The notes below the pieces were generated by a model. The model ran no database searches. It was not told the origin of the DNA and saw nothing but the letters and a program-made list of their open reading frames with translations. From Ostreococcus lucimarinus (lineage: Eukaryota): a stretch of 64,000 nucleotides of DNA. Location of the stretch: NCBI GenBank assembly GCA_000092065.1, contig CP000589.1. The stretch is one strand, 5' to 3'. Below are positions 40,257 to 51,028 of this stretch, piece after piece; within the stretch, counting starts at the first letter, position 1, and every line of letters starts with the position of its first letter. Position numbers and translations under genes: made by a program.

Positions 40257-40896
40257 ATCTTCCTAGCGACTTAGCGAGTCAAATAGCGAGCGATTAGCGA
40301 TTAGTGCGTGCATCGCGACGCGACGCGCGTTCGACGCGCGTCGACGTCGTCGATAAATTAAAAGCGAGCCCATCGTATTGACAAGCCGCCGAGCGCGCGC
40401 GCGCCCGGCGACGAAACCCTACGTCGTCCCTCGCGAAGAATCACAACCTACTAATTCGTCCGCCTCCGCGCTCGAACCGCCGTCGAGCGCTCCCCGCGCC
40501 TCGCGCGCGTCCCTCTTCTTCGGTGCGTTCACTTGGACACGACCGTCATCACCGCCGGCGCCGTCGCCGGATCCACCGTCGGGTACTCCACCGCCTTGCG
40601 GTTTCGGTCGCTCGGTCGATGCTTCTTCGGTCGCGTGTCGGTGTGTCCCTTCGTCGCCTTCTTCCGCACGTGTCGCGCCGCCTTCACGGTGAACGTCATC
40701 GGAGCCCCGATCGTGATCGCCATCGCGTCTCGCCGAGCGCGCGCGCGTGTGCGTGCGCCGCGGTGGCGGCGTGGCGCGCACGCATGCGTGCTCATTCATT
40801 CGCGTCGACGCCGCGTCGACGCCGCGCCCGACGTCGCCTTCTTCCGCACGATCGCCCTCGCGAGCGCCATCACCGCGCCGTCGCGTGCGCGCGCGC

Positions 40897-40925
40897 TAAA
40901 AAAATAAAAAAAAACCACCCCCCCC
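40897..40925. repeat. Homopolymer block A7-T-A9-CCA-C9, an anomaly in ~70 % GC context.
   Basis: taaaaaaataaaaaaaaaccacccccccccg read directly. Confidence 0.9.
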
Positions 40926-41172
40926 CGATCGAAGGGTCAGGACTCGTCGATCGCCGCCCCCGGACGAACGTAAAACCTAGCCCATCGCCGCGCGCGCGCG
41001 CTTCGATCGTCGTCCGCCGCGTCGCGTCGTTTTGTCGTTTTATCCAAAAGGGAGGCGCGCGCGCGTGTGCGTGCGCCGCGGCGACGCGCGCGGGATCGCC
41101 GCGCGGCACTCGCGGGCGGACGATCCGAGCCGTCGCGCGCGAAGGCGAAGCTCTCGCGCGCGTCGATCGACG

Positions 41173-43362
41173 ATGCGGGCGATGGACGCGTCGAGCGCGC
41201 TGGCGCCGCGGCGACGCGCGATCGGGACGCGCGGCGCCACGCGCGGGGCGAAGACCTCGAGGGCGATCGCGCGGGGGGCGGTGCGCGTCGCCGCGGGCGC
41301 GGTGTCGCAGGAGTACGCGATGGACGAACGAGGCGTGCTGATGCCGACGGGGAAGTACTGCGTGAATCACGCGGAGACGGTGCGAAGGAAGACGCGCACG
41401 GTGCACGTGGGCAACGTGAAGATTGGCTCGGAGCACCCAATCGTGAAGCAGACGATGACGACGAGCGACACGAGAGACGTCGAGAAGACGGTGGCGGAGG
41501 TGATTCGATGCGCCGATGCCGGTGCGGAGATGGTGCGGATCACGGTTCAGGGGATGCAAGAGGCGAAGGCGTGCAAGATCATCAAGGAGACGCTCGTGGC
41601 GAAGGGATACGATACGCCGCTCATCGCGGATATCCACTTCGCGCCGAAGGTGGCGATGATGGTGGCTGAATGCTTCGATAAGATTCGCGTGAACCCCGGT
41701 AACTTTGCGGATGGTCGTAAGACGTTTGAAAACATCCTGTACGAAACGGATGAAGAGTACAACGCCGAACTCGCGGAGATTGAAGAAATCTTCACGCCGC
41801 TCGTGTTGAAGTGCAAGGAGCGAGGCGTGGCGATGCGCATCGGTACGAACCACGGTTCTTTGTCCGCGCGCACGTTGTCGCGCTTTGGTGACACGCCGAT
41901 GGGGATGGTGGAATCTGCGTTCGAATTCGCGCGCATTTGCCGCAAGCACGATTACCACAACTTTGTCTTCTCCATGAAGGCGTCTAACCCTCTCGTCATG
42001 GTGCAAGCGTATCGCCTGTTGTCCCACGAGATGTACAAGCTCGGCTGGGACTACCCGCTTCACCTCGGCGTCACCGAAGCCGGCGAAGGCGAAGACGGTC
42101 GCATGAAGTCTTCCATCGGTATCGGTGCTCTCTTACTTGACGGTCTCGGAGACACCATTCGCGTGTCTCTCACCGAAGCATCCGAGCTCGAAATCGAGCC
42201 GTGCACGCGCTTGGCCAACCTCGGTATGAAGGCGTGCGCCGAAAACATCGGTGTCGAGCAATTCGAGGACTCTGTCCGTGACTTCAAGACCTTCACGCGC
42301 AGAACTGGTGATTTGCCCGAACAAAAGGACTCTGATGCGATTGATTTCCGGAACATTCTCCACCGCGACGGCTCTGTGCTCGCCGCCGTCACCACGGCGC
42401 AACTCGCGTCGGAAGATGGCTTCTACCGCGAATTGGGCGCCAAGCTTGCGGTCGGTATGCCGCTTCGTGATATCGCCACCTGTGATTCCATCTTGCTCAG
42501 CGAAGTTCCCGCCGCGTCCGAAGAGAAGGCGCTCCGATCTATCCGTCGCCTCCAAGAAATCGGCTGCGGCGTTGTCGTGCCGGCTGACCTTCTCCGAGCG
42601 ACGCCGTTGGAGAACGCCATCGCCCTCGTCAGCGCCGACGAAGTCGGTGCTCCGTTGCCGGCCGGTGCCGCGCGAAAGGCTGTCACGTTGAACGGCTTCG
42701 AGACCGTCGAACAACTCAAGGCTGTCGCAGCGTCTGACGCCGTCATGGTGCTCATCAAGACGAAGGATGGCGAGTCTCGTCTCCACTCTTCTCGCCGCAT
42801 CGCCGAAGTGATGGCGCAAGTCGGTGCGAAGATGCCGGTCATTCATCACATGTACATGCCGACCGGCGACAAGTCGGACATCGTCATTCAATCCGGCTCC
42901 CAAGTCGGTGGTTTGCTCGTCGACGGCTTTGGCGACGGCGTGTTGATCCAATACGCCGGCTCCGACAAGGATGTCTCATTGGACTTCCTTCGTACGACCT
43001 CGTTCGGTTTGCTCCAAGGCTCTCGTATGCGTAACACGAAGACGGAGTACGTCTCTTGCCCGTCGTGCGGACGCACCCTCTTCGACTTGCAAGAAGTCAC
43101 GGCGCAAATCCAAGAGAAGACTGGACACTTGCCTGGCGTCGCCATCGCCGTTATGGGTTGCATCGTCAACGGTCCGGGTGAGATGGCGGATGCGGATTTC
43201 GGTTATGTTGGTGGTGCTCCGGGTAAGATTGACTTGTACGTCGGTAAGGAAGTCGTCAAGCGAGGTATCGCGATGGAAACTGCGTGTGATGAACTCATTC
43301 AACTCATCAAGGACAACGACCGCTGGATCGAAAAAGAAGTCGAGGAAGCCGTCGCCGCGTGA
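41173..43362 (+). CDS. ispG: 4-hydroxy-3-methylbut-2-enyl diphosphate synthase (IspG/GcpE/HDS, MEP pathway). It is the plant/cyanobacterial type with the central insertion domain, and it has a plastid-type presequence.
   Basis: KYCVNHAETVRRKTRTVHVGNVKIGSEHPIVKQTMTT...RITVQG...IADIHF..., a large insert, then C-terminal ...YVSCPSCGRT...MGCIVNGPGEMADADFGYVGG. Confidence 0.93.
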   Translation: MRAMDASSALAPRRRAIGTRGATRGAKTSRAIARGAVRVAAGAVSQEYAMDERGVLMPTGKYCVNHAETVRRKTRTVHVGNVKIGSEHPIVKQTMTTSDTRDVEKTVAEVIRCADAGAEMVRITVQGMQEAKACKIIKETLVAKGYDTPLIADIHFAPKVAMMVAECFDKIRVNPGNFADGRKTFENILYETDEEYNAELAEIEEIFTPLVLKCKERGVAMRIGTNHGSLSARTLSRFGDTPMGMVESAFEFARICRKHDYHNFVFSMKASNPLVMVQAYRLLSHEMYKLGWDYPLHLGVTEAGEGEDGRMKSSIGIGALLLDGLGDTIRVSLTEASELEIEPCTRLANLGMKACAENIGVEQFEDSVRDFKTFTRRTGDLPEQKDSDAIDFRNILHRDGSVLAAVTTAQLASEDGFYRELGAKLAVGMPLRDIATCDSILLSEVPAASEEKALRSIRRLQEIGCGVVVPADLLRATPLENAIALVSADEVGAPLPAGAARKAVTLNGFETVEQLKAVAASDAVMVLIKTKDGESRLHSSRRIAEVMAQVGAKMPVIHHMYMPTGDKSDIVIQSGSQVGGLLVDGFGDGVLIQYAGSDKDVSLDFLRTTSFGLLQGSRMRNTKTEYVSCPSCGRTLFDLQEVTAQIQEKTGHLPGVAIAVMGCIVNGPGEMADADFGYVGGAPGKIDLYVGKEVVKRGIAMETACDELIQLIKDNDRWIEKEVEEAVAA

Positions 43363-43528
43363 TGTCGCACTCGTAGCTCGCATGATGTTTAATACTAAGT
43401 CGATTGATTCTTCAGATTCTTTTCTCTAATTCTTTCTGATTTTCTTAGTTACAATACGTGGGACGGGAGTTTAATTGAGCTTCGTCGCTCATTCTTTCGA
43501 AAACGACATGCAATGCACCGCACGCTTA

Positions 43529-44743
43529 TTAAATTTTCTCCAGGGCTTGAGCAATATCCGCTTCGATGTCGACGTAATCCTCAATCCCAGTCGAAAATCG
43601 AACGAGGTTATCCTTAATGCCAATCTCAGCGCGCTTTTCAGGACCCTGATCCCAATAAGAAACGACAGTCGGTTGTTCAATCAGCGACTCCACGCCACCG
43701 AGAGACGGCGCGATGTACGGAAGCTCGCAACTATCGATAAACTTTGCAGTCGCCCAAAGATCACCCTTGACCTCGAAAGATACCACCCCACCGAAACCTT
43801 TCATGTATTTTTTCGCAACTTCGTGGTCGCAGTGGCTCGGTAATCCCGGATAGTGCACTTTGTCAATCTTTGGATGCTTCTCGAGGTATTGAGCCAGTCT
43901 CATCGCGCTGTCGTTGTGGCGCTCGACTCGAAGCGACAAGGTCTTCAAACCTCGAAGAACCAAGTAAGCAGCGTGAGGATCGATGACACCACCCAAAATA
44001 TTATGAAATTGTCTGCACGCGGCGACTGCTTCCTTCTTACCGACGATGACACCGGCGAGAACGTCGTTGTGCCCGCCCATGAATTTCGACGCGCTGTGAA
44101 TCACCAAGTCGGCGCCAAAGTCGAGCGCGCGAGAGTTGCACGGCGTGGCAAAAGTACCATCGATGCACACGAGGCAACCCGTGGGCTTGCACAGGTTCAC
44201 GATTCGTTCGATATCGACGCAACGAAGGTACGGGTTCGTTGGTGATTCGGAAAAGTACAGCGAGCACTTGTTCTCCTTGAGCGCCTTTTCCAAGCCGTCG
44301 TAATCGGACGGATCGAGCACCGTGGACGTGATGCCCATCTTCGGCAAGAAAGTTTGAATGAATTGTCGAGTGCGTCTGTAGCAGTCCGTGGTGGTGACAA
44401 TGTGTCCACCGGCTGGGACGAGCGCGAGCAGCATAGTCGTCGCCGTGCACATGCCGGACGCGCTCAACAGAGCGTCTTCTCCGCCCTCGAGTTGGCGAAT
44501 CTTCTCTTCGCACGCCTTGGTCGTCGGATTCCCGTATCGACCGTACTCAAAGCTCCCATATCGTCCCTCTTGATACGCGATCAACTCTTCCGTGTCCTTG
44601 AAGTGGTACGTCGACGTGCACACGATCGGGGTCGTCAACGAGTCGGATACCCTCGGTCGCCCCTCCTTGCGTTCGCCTGCGTCAAAGTAACAACCGCGAT
44701 CATCACCGTCAGTCCGCGCGTCTCCCCCCTCGCGTCTCCTCAC
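43529..44743 (-). CDS. Cys/Met-metabolism PLP-dependent enzyme, most likely cystathionine gamma-synthase.
   Basis: YGRYGNPTT, SASGMCA, LVIHSASKFMGGHNDVLAGV (PLP lysine) and a C-terminal fold match. Confidence 0.8.
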   Translation of the reverse strand: MRRREGGDARTDGDDRGCYFDAGERKEGRPRVSDSLTTPIVCTSTYHFKDTEELIAYQEGRYGSFEYGRYGNPTTKACEEKIRQLEGGEDALLSASGMCTATTMLLALVPAGGHIVTTTDCYRRTRQFIQTFLPKMGITSTVLDPSDYDGLEKALKENKCSLYFSESPTNPYLRCVDIERIVNLCKPTGCLVCIDGTFATPCNSRALDFGADLVIHSASKFMGGHNDVLAGVIVGKKEAVAACRQFHNILGGVIDPHAAYLVLRGLKTLSLRVERHNDSAMRLAQYLEKHPKIDKVHYPGLPSHCDHEVAKKYMKGFGGVVSFEVKGDLWATAKFIDSCELPYIAPSLGGVESLIEQPTVVSYWDQGPEKRAEIGIKDNLVRFSTGIEDYVDIEADIAQALEKI

Positions 44744-45465
44744 TCGCGCATCACATTTTTATGCACCATCGCGCGTCCATCGCGCGTCGCTCCTCGTCGT
44801 TCGACGCACCGTTTTGCACGCACTGCGTCGAGTCGCCCCAAGGTTTCTCGCCGTTCGCCGCGCGCGTCGTCGCGCCTCGTCGTCCCGTCCCTCCTCGGCT
44901 CTTCCGCGTCGTCGCGCTCAGCTTCACCACCGTTCGCGCCTTCGCGCTCATCGCCGCGCTCATCCTACGCTCGAATCCCGTCGTCGTCGTCGTCGTCGTC
45001 AGTCCTCGCTCGGCTCGATCGCGTCGAACCTCTCGCGCCTCGGCTGGCCCTCGCGCGTCGTCGCGTCGTCGCGTCGTCTCGCGCGCCCGCGACGCGTCGG
45101 CGTCGTCCCGCGCGCGTCGCGCGTCGCGCGTCGCGTCGCGTCGCGTCGCTCGACGGACGCACCGCGCGCGTCGTCCCGGACTCGACCTCGATGTGCGGGC
45201 GCGACGCGACGCGGCGGGCGGCCGAGGATCGAGGATCGAGGATAAAAAAAAATCCGCGCGCGACGCGCATAAAGCGCGAACGATTCGCCATGAAGGCCGA
45301 AACGCGTGACGCGCGGTCGATCTCGAACGACCGATCGATCGATCGATCGATCGATCGAACGAACGAACGATCGAACGATCGATCGACGGACGAACGATTC
45401 GAGGGCGCGGCGAAGCCGAACGCGCGGCGGTGAGGGTCGAAGGAACTACGGGTCTATGAATGTGA

Positions 45466-46650
45466 TCACACGATGATGCTCTCGCACGTGCAGCAGTCGT
45501 ATCCGGGAACGGTGCACTCGGTCGTCGCGTTGGCGGCGACGTGGGCGCATCGACACGCGTCGGCGCCGCGCGCGCCGGGAACGCACGAGAGGGAGACGCC
45601 GGCGTCGGACGCCGCTCGACACGACGCGTCGCAGTCCGTGGTGCCCGCACCGCAGCTCTGCGCGCACAGGGCGTTGTAAATACCGGCGTGTGCGGGATCG
45701 GTGCACACTCCGGTGTCTAAAGTGGTGACTTCGGGCATGTGGGACGCCGGACACCCGCTCGGCGCTTTCAGCGCGCATCCCTCGTCGCACGAACCGTAGA
45801 CGTACGTGAACGTCTTCCCATCGAATACGCGGTTGTAAAAGATGTCATCGCCCTCCTCGATGACAGAGGTACAAACCTCCATGCCTTCGAGAGCCGATGG
45901 AGTCGCAAATTTCGGACATCGCCCGCCCCCCCTGTGCAAGCAACCGATGTCGGACACCGTCGCCTCGTCGCTCGTGTTGTCGAGCGGGTACAAATAAAAT
46001 CCAAACTGCTCCCCTGCACCGAGCATGACGTCCACTTCAAACGTTCCACACCTTGTTTGCGTCATTTCCTGCGCTTGGGAGAATAAAAAGTCGTTCGACA
46101 TCGACTTTGTCGTCACCCGAGCGCCGACGACGTCCTCCCACGCTCCCGGCGCAAACGTCAACGACCCGAGTTGCGCGCACGCCGTGAGCAACGTCAAGTG
46201 CACCATCGTCGCCGCCGCGCGTGGTATCATCTCGACATCTTCTCTGTGATTCACCTCTATGTCTCCACTCGACGACATTTGCGATTTCCGCACTAAAGAA
46301 TACTCCTCGCTCGCTCCGTCGTCGTCGCCGCCGCCCGTGACGAACGGGTCGCTCACCACCGCGAACGGCGTCGTCCCGTCTCCGCTCGTCGCCAACGCGG
46401 CCGCGCTCCCGAACGCGCTCATTTTCCCTCGTTCATTCGCGCTCGCGCGTTCGCGCGCGTCGTCTCCAGACATCCAGTCGCGCGCGATCGTTCGTCCAAC
46501 ACCATTCGTCTTCGCCAGCGCGCACGCGCACGCGAGCGTCACGCCCAGCGCGAACGTCGGTCGAAACACCGACGTGGACGCGCGCGCGCGCGACGAGCGG
46601 TGTCGTCGATCCCCGTCGCCGTCGCGCGTCAACAGCGGGGCGTCCTCCAT
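45466..46650 (-). CDS. Hypothetical cysteine-rich protein. It has a charged N-terminus, one N-terminal TM/signal-anchor (FALGVTLACACALA) and a C-terminal domain with over 25 Cys.
   Basis: A 394-aa ORF. The domain is not recognised. Confidence 0.35.
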   Translation of the reverse strand: MEDAPLLTRDGDGDRRHRSSRARASTSVFRPTFALGVTLACACALAKTNGVGRTIARDWMSGDDARERASANERGKMSAFGSAAALATSGDGTTPFAVVSDPFVTGGGDDDGASEEYSLVRKSQMSSSGDIEVNHREDVEMIPRAAATMVHLTLLTACAQLGSLTFAPGAWEDVVGARVTTKSMSNDFLFSQAQEMTQTRCGTFEVDVMLGAGEQFGFYLYPLDNTSDEATVSDIGCLHRGGGRCPKFATPSALEGMEVCTSVIEEGDDIFYNRVFDGKTFTYVYGSCDEGCALKAPSGCPASHMPEVTTLDTGVCTDPAHAGIYNALCAQSCGAGTTDCDASCRAASDAGVSLSCVPGARGADACRCAHVAANATTECTVPGYDCCTCESIIV

Positions 46651-46679
46651 CGCCGTCGTCGTCGCGTCGTCGTCGCGAT

Positions 46680-46897
46680 GTGACGCGCCGCGTCGCCGCC
46701 GCCCGCACTGCGCGACGCGCGCGACGACGACGACGCGCGACGACGACGACGGGGGCGATGCGCGCGATGACGACGACGCGCGGGCGCGGGCGCGCTCGCG
46801 CGGCGAACGCGACGACGACGACGACGACGCGACACCGGCGACGTCACCGCGCGGTGCGGGCGCGAGCGAGCGAGGACGCGAACGAGGCCAGCGAGCG

Positions 46898-46929
<32 letters not shown>

Positions 46930-48131
46930 AAGTGGTCGTCCTCGGCGGCACCGGACGCGTCGGGAGCGCGACGGCGGCGGCGCTGGTGCGAGGCGCGAAC
47001 GGCGGGGTGGAGGTGACGCTCGGCGGACGGTCGAGAGAGCGAGACGCGGAGGCCAAGGCGCGACATCGAGGGTTGGCGAACGCGTCGTTCGTTGAGGTGG
47101 ACGTGTGCGATAAGGCGAGCGTGACGCGAGCGATTCAAGGCGCTGACTTGGTGATCAACACCGCGGGACCGTTTCAGAGACGAAAGAGTTGCGCCGCGCT
47201 CGAGGCGGCGCTGGAGAGCGGGGTCAAGTATTTAGACGTCTGTGACGACGCGTCGTACGGCGCCGAGGCAAAGAAATTGAGCGAAAAGGCGAAAGCCGCG
47301 GGTGTGGCCGCGATCACGTGCGCGGGCATCTATCCCGGGGTGTCAAACCTTATGGCGCGAGACATCGTGGAGTCGATGAAGGCGGAGTTTCGCGCGACTG
47401 AAGAAAACGAAGGCAAAGAACCCGAGGTGGAGTACGTGCTTTACAACTACTTCACTGCGGGGTCGGGTGGGGTCGGGACGACGATTTTAGCCACGAGCTA
47501 TTTGCTCTGTGGCGAAGATGTCGTGTGTTGGGAAGACGGTCAGCGCATCGTCGAGAAACCAGCTTCGCAACGCAAAGTCGTCGATTTCGGCAAGGGCGTG
47601 GGCCGACGCGAGGTGTTCCTGTACAACTTGCCCGAAGTTGCATCGACACGTGAAATTTTCGGTGCGCGCACCGTGAAGGCTCGATTCGGTACGTCGCCAG
47701 GGATTTGGAACGGGGCCATGGTGGCAATAGCGAATTTAGTTCCAAAGTCGCTCTTGGAAAATCAAGACGCAATGAAAGGATTGGCGAACTTCTCCGCCCC
47801 GATCGTGCGCTCGGTGGATGCGATCGTTGGAGAAACTACATCCATCCGCGTGGACGTCAAACTGAAGGACGGCAAGCAGTCTGTGGGTTTGTATACGCAT
47901 CCGCGTTTAAGCGAGTGCGTCGGCACGTGCACGGCGTCTTTTGCAACGGCGATGTTGAATGGTGAATGTGCTCCTGGGGTTTGGTATCCTGAAGAAGTGG
48001 AAGCCATCAGCGATCGGGATGCGTTGTTCGAACGTGCCAAAGAAGGAACGTCGTTGTTTGCTTTGAATCAAGCGCCGTGGATGGTGGAATCAAAGCCAGT
48101 GAATTTGGGTTTCGGATTGTATTGGACGTAG
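46680..48131 (+). CDS. Saccharopine-dehydrogenase-like NAD(P)-binding oxidoreductase. The start is probably a downstream Met; the annotated N-terminus is Arg/Thr low complexity.
   Basis: KVVVLGGTGRVGSATAAAL...LVINTAGPFQ...YLDVCDD is the Sacchrp_dh_NADP pattern. Confidence 0.7.
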
Positions 48132-48283
48132 CTCGTGATAGGAAGCATGAATGTTATGAAAACGAAAGCGCGCGCCATGATTTCTTTATTTTCTTTATGT
48201 GTGCAGTATTTGCATCGAATTCGCTTGCATAATCGTTTACTAATATCTTTACTAATATTCAAACCGCCGAGCTCTCGAGTCTA

Positions 48284-49330
48284 TTACGCCGCGGACGCCA
48301 TCTTTGCCAGCGCCTTGATGGACGTGCTCACCAACGTGGCCAACTGCATTCCCTCATCCGCTCCTTGTGCCAAAAACCTGTCTACTTCACCGAGTTTGAT
48401 GAAGATCTCCGCCTTGACCTCGTCCGAGCAATCTGCCTCCAGGACGTAGTCAGAGTACTGATCGAGAATTTTGAGTCCTGAAAAACCGTCGCGCAAAATG
48501 TCCTCCATGTGCGCCTGCGCCTCTTCAAACTTGCCTTCACGGCACAGATCATACATCTTTTTGATTTTTTCATCTGGAATGTGCCCCGCCACTTCAACGA
48601 TGCTCGCACCACTAATCTTCCCCGCGAACAAACGCGCTGCGCTTTGCAACAACGTAATCGCCTTGCGCATGTCTCCTCCCGAGTGCTTTGAACACATCGC
48701 GAACACGTCGTCACTCATCTCCAAACCTTCTTGTTCGCCGATGAACTTCAATCGCGCACCCATAGTTTCCTGAGCGAGCGGTGAGAATCTAAACTTTGCG
48801 CATCGACTCGCGATCGGATCGATGATTTTCGTCACGTAGTTGCACAACAGAAAGAACCGAGTGACTTTTGAATACGTCTCCATCATCCTTCGCAGCGCCG
48901 ATTGCGCGTCGCCCGTCATGGCGTCCGCTTCGTCCAAGATTAATATCTTATACGGCGGAGACGGGTATCCCGGCGCGGGCGCACCGACGGCTTGCGAGGC
49001 AAAGGTTTTGATCTTGTTGCGGACCACGCTGATGCCTCTCTCGTCCGACGCGTTCAACTCCTTCACCCTTTGCTTATACAGCTCCGGTCCGTACAACTCC
49101 TTCGCGATCGCCAGCGCGGTGGTGGTTTTCCCAGTTCCCGGCGGTCCGTAGAACAGGCAGTGGGGCATGTTCCCCGTCTTCAGCGCGTTTTCCAGCACCC
49201 CCACGATTTGCTCCTGGCTCGCCACATCCTTGACGACGCGAGGGCGGTATTTCTCCACCCACGGCGCGTGCGCCTCGGCGCGCTGCGGACGCGTCGCTTC
49301 CGCGTCGACCATGGTCGTATCCGCAACCAT
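48284..49330 (-). CDS. Replication factor C small subunit (AAA+ clamp loader, RFC2/RFC4 type).
   Basis: PWVEKYRP, LFYGPPGTGKTT, ILDEADAMT, SRC motif (IASRCAKFRF). Confidence 0.9.
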   Translation of the reverse strand: MVADTTMVDAEATRPQRAEAHAPWVEKYRPRVVKDVASQEQIVGVLENALKTGNMPHCLFYGPPGTGKTTTALAIAKELYGPELYKQRVKELNASDERGISVVRNKIKTFASQAVGAPAPGYPSPPYKILILDEADAMTGDAQSALRRMMETYSKVTRFFLLCNYVTKIIDPIASRCAKFRFSPLAQETMGARLKFIGEQEGLEMSDDVFAMCSKHSGGDMRKAITLLQSAARLFAGKISGASIVEVAGHIPDEKIKKMYDLCREGKFEEAQAHMEDILRDGFSGLKILDQYSDYVLEADCSDEVKAEIFIKLGEVDRFLAQGADEGMQLATLVSTSIKALAKMASAA

Positions 49331-49476
49331 CGCGTCCGTGCGTCCGTCCGTCCGTCAGTCGTCGGCGTCGTGTGACGCGCGCGCACCCGCGAACGCCCGC
49401 CGCGCATCTCGCGCGCGGCGTCGCGGAATTTGAAATCGCGCCCGCGGCGAGGGCGTTCGGGCGTAGGGTTCGGTGA

Positions 49477-51012
49477 ATGATAAACGATAGAGATAGCGTT
49501 AAGAACGCACTGAATGCGTCGAATGTGGACGTGTTTTGTATTTTCAACGGCGCGACGACGCGCGCGACGCGGTCGGTCGGTCGCTCCGTCGCCGTCTCGC
49601 ACTGCGCGGCGACGGCGACGGCGACGGCGACGGCGATGTCGGACGCCGCGCGCGCGTCGACGCGGACGTCGTCGACATCGCGCCTCGCGCGTCGCGCGGT
49701 GGATCGAAGCGTCCGCGCGAACGACGCGACGACGCGACGGCGACGACGACCGCCGCCGGCGCGCGCTCGAGGCGAAGTGGACACGTGGACAGACGTCACG
49801 CTGCCGCTGAGCGAGGACGCGCGCGAGGCGTTCATGCGAGAGTATTGGCAGAAAAAGCCTCTGCTGATGCGGCAGGCGATACCGAACTTTCGACCGCCGC
49901 TGGATGGGAACGAAATCGCTGGTTTGGCGTGCGAGGAGGACGCGAGCGCGCGCATCTTCGTGCGCGAGGGGGACGACGAGCAGTCGTGGAGGAAGAAGAT
50001 TGGACCGTTCGAAGAAAGTGATTTGACATCCTTACCCGAAGACAAGCCGTGGAGCCTGATCGTTAACGATTTGGACGTGCAGGCGCAACCGTTTGGGGAC
50101 ATGTTGGAACTCTTCAACTGTTTTCCGCGTTGGCGAATTTCTGATATTCAAGCGAGCGTATCACCGGACGGCGGGGGCGTAGGACCGCACTCCGATCACT
50201 TTGATGTATTTCTTCTTCAAGCCGAAGGCGAAAAAGTTTGGGCCGTGGCGGATAACGAGGAGTACTGGCCAGATAATGATGCGGCATTTGTCCCAGAATG
50301 TGAAATTCGCGTGCTCAAAAGCTTTGTCGAGGACGATTCCTTCACGTTGGTTCCGGGTGATATGCTTTACTTGCCCCCCAAAATCGCTCACAACGGCGTG
50401 GCGACGAACTCAAAACCAGGCGTGAGCGTAACGTTGAGTATAGGCTTTCTAGCGCCGACGACGGATGAACTCGTCTTGTCTTACACGCAACGAGCATCTG
50501 AAAAATTGAAGGGCTCGCGTTGGTCCGATCCTTGGCTCAAACCGGTCGAAGACGTCGGTGCAATATCCGCTGAATCTATCACGTATGCATCGGAGATAAT
50601 TAAGCGCACGTATCCGAAGAATGATGCCGAAGTGGCGCGTTGGTTTGGTTGTCACACGACGGCGCGCACCGGCGAGGACGACGACGCGGACGAGAACGAA
50701 GTGAGCATCGAAGAACTATTAGCGGCTTGGGAACACCAAGGTCTAGTCGCGAGAGAAGATTTACGCTTCGCTTTCGTGGAAAAGGTTGCGGATGATAGTT
50801 TGAAGAACGCGCTGTTTTTCGCAAACGGAGAATGTTGGGATGTCGTCAGCCCGGCCGCTGTGAAAACAGCCACCGTCATCGCAAATAGAGGCGAGCTTTA
50901 CGAAGAAGACACGCAGACGGAGGAGTGTGATTTCGATGATGAAGCCTTAAAGCTCGCACTAACGCTATTTGAGCGTGGTTATCTCTATTTCCCCGAGGAT
51001 GAAGACGATTAA
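49477..51012 (+). CDS. Cupin-4/JmjC-like oxygenase (bacterial YcfD/RoxA-type ribosomal-protein hydroxylase family). The start is probably at a downstream Met.
   Basis: FMREYWQKKPLLMRQAIPNF...GLACEE, and an HxD...H double-stranded beta-helix (GPHSDHFDVFLLQAEGEK...IAHNGVA). Confidence 0.7.
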   Translation: MINDRDSVKNALNASNVDVFCIFNGATTRATRSVGRSVAVSHCAATATATATAMSDAARASTRTSSTSRLARRAVDRSVRANDATTRRRRRPPPARARGEVDTWTDVTLPLSEDAREAFMREYWQKKPLLMRQAIPNFRPPLDGNEIAGLACEEDASARIFVREGDDEQSWRKKIGPFEESDLTSLPEDKPWSLIVNDLDVQAQPFGDMLELFNCFPRWRISDIQASVSPDGGGVGPHSDHFDVFLLQAEGEKVWAVADNEEYWPDNDAAFVPECEIRVLKSFVEDDSFTLVPGDMLYLPPKIAHNGVATNSKPGVSVTLSIGFLAPTTDELVLSYTQRASEKLKGSRWSDPWLKPVEDVGAISAESITYASEIIKRTYPKNDAEVARWFGCHTTARTGEDDDADENEVSIEELLAAWEHQGLVAREDLRFAFVEKVADDSLKNALFFANGECWDVVSPAAVKTATVIANRGELYEEDTQTEECDFDDEALKLALTLFERGYLYFPEDEDD

Positions 51013-51028
51013 TGCTATTCCTAGTGTC

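Noticed and set aside
40870-42063. 397-aa minus-strand ORF overlapping the IspG gene. Similar cases are 1142..2263 (minus), 31152..32024 (minus), 35535..36386 (minus), 19834..21117 (plus) and 20199..21233 (plus).
   Set aside because: They are antisense to confidently identified genes or repeat arrays. Their Arg/His/Pro-rich translations are what GC-rich antisense strands produce, and they have no domain content.
44744-45465. Overlapping Ser/Arg-rich ORFs 44354..45433 (plus) and 44751..45650 (minus) between the CGS and Cys-rich genes.
   Set aside because: The region is low-complexity, microsatellite-containing ((GATC)n/(CGAA)n at 45332-45395) intergenic or UTR DNA with no coherent protein signal.
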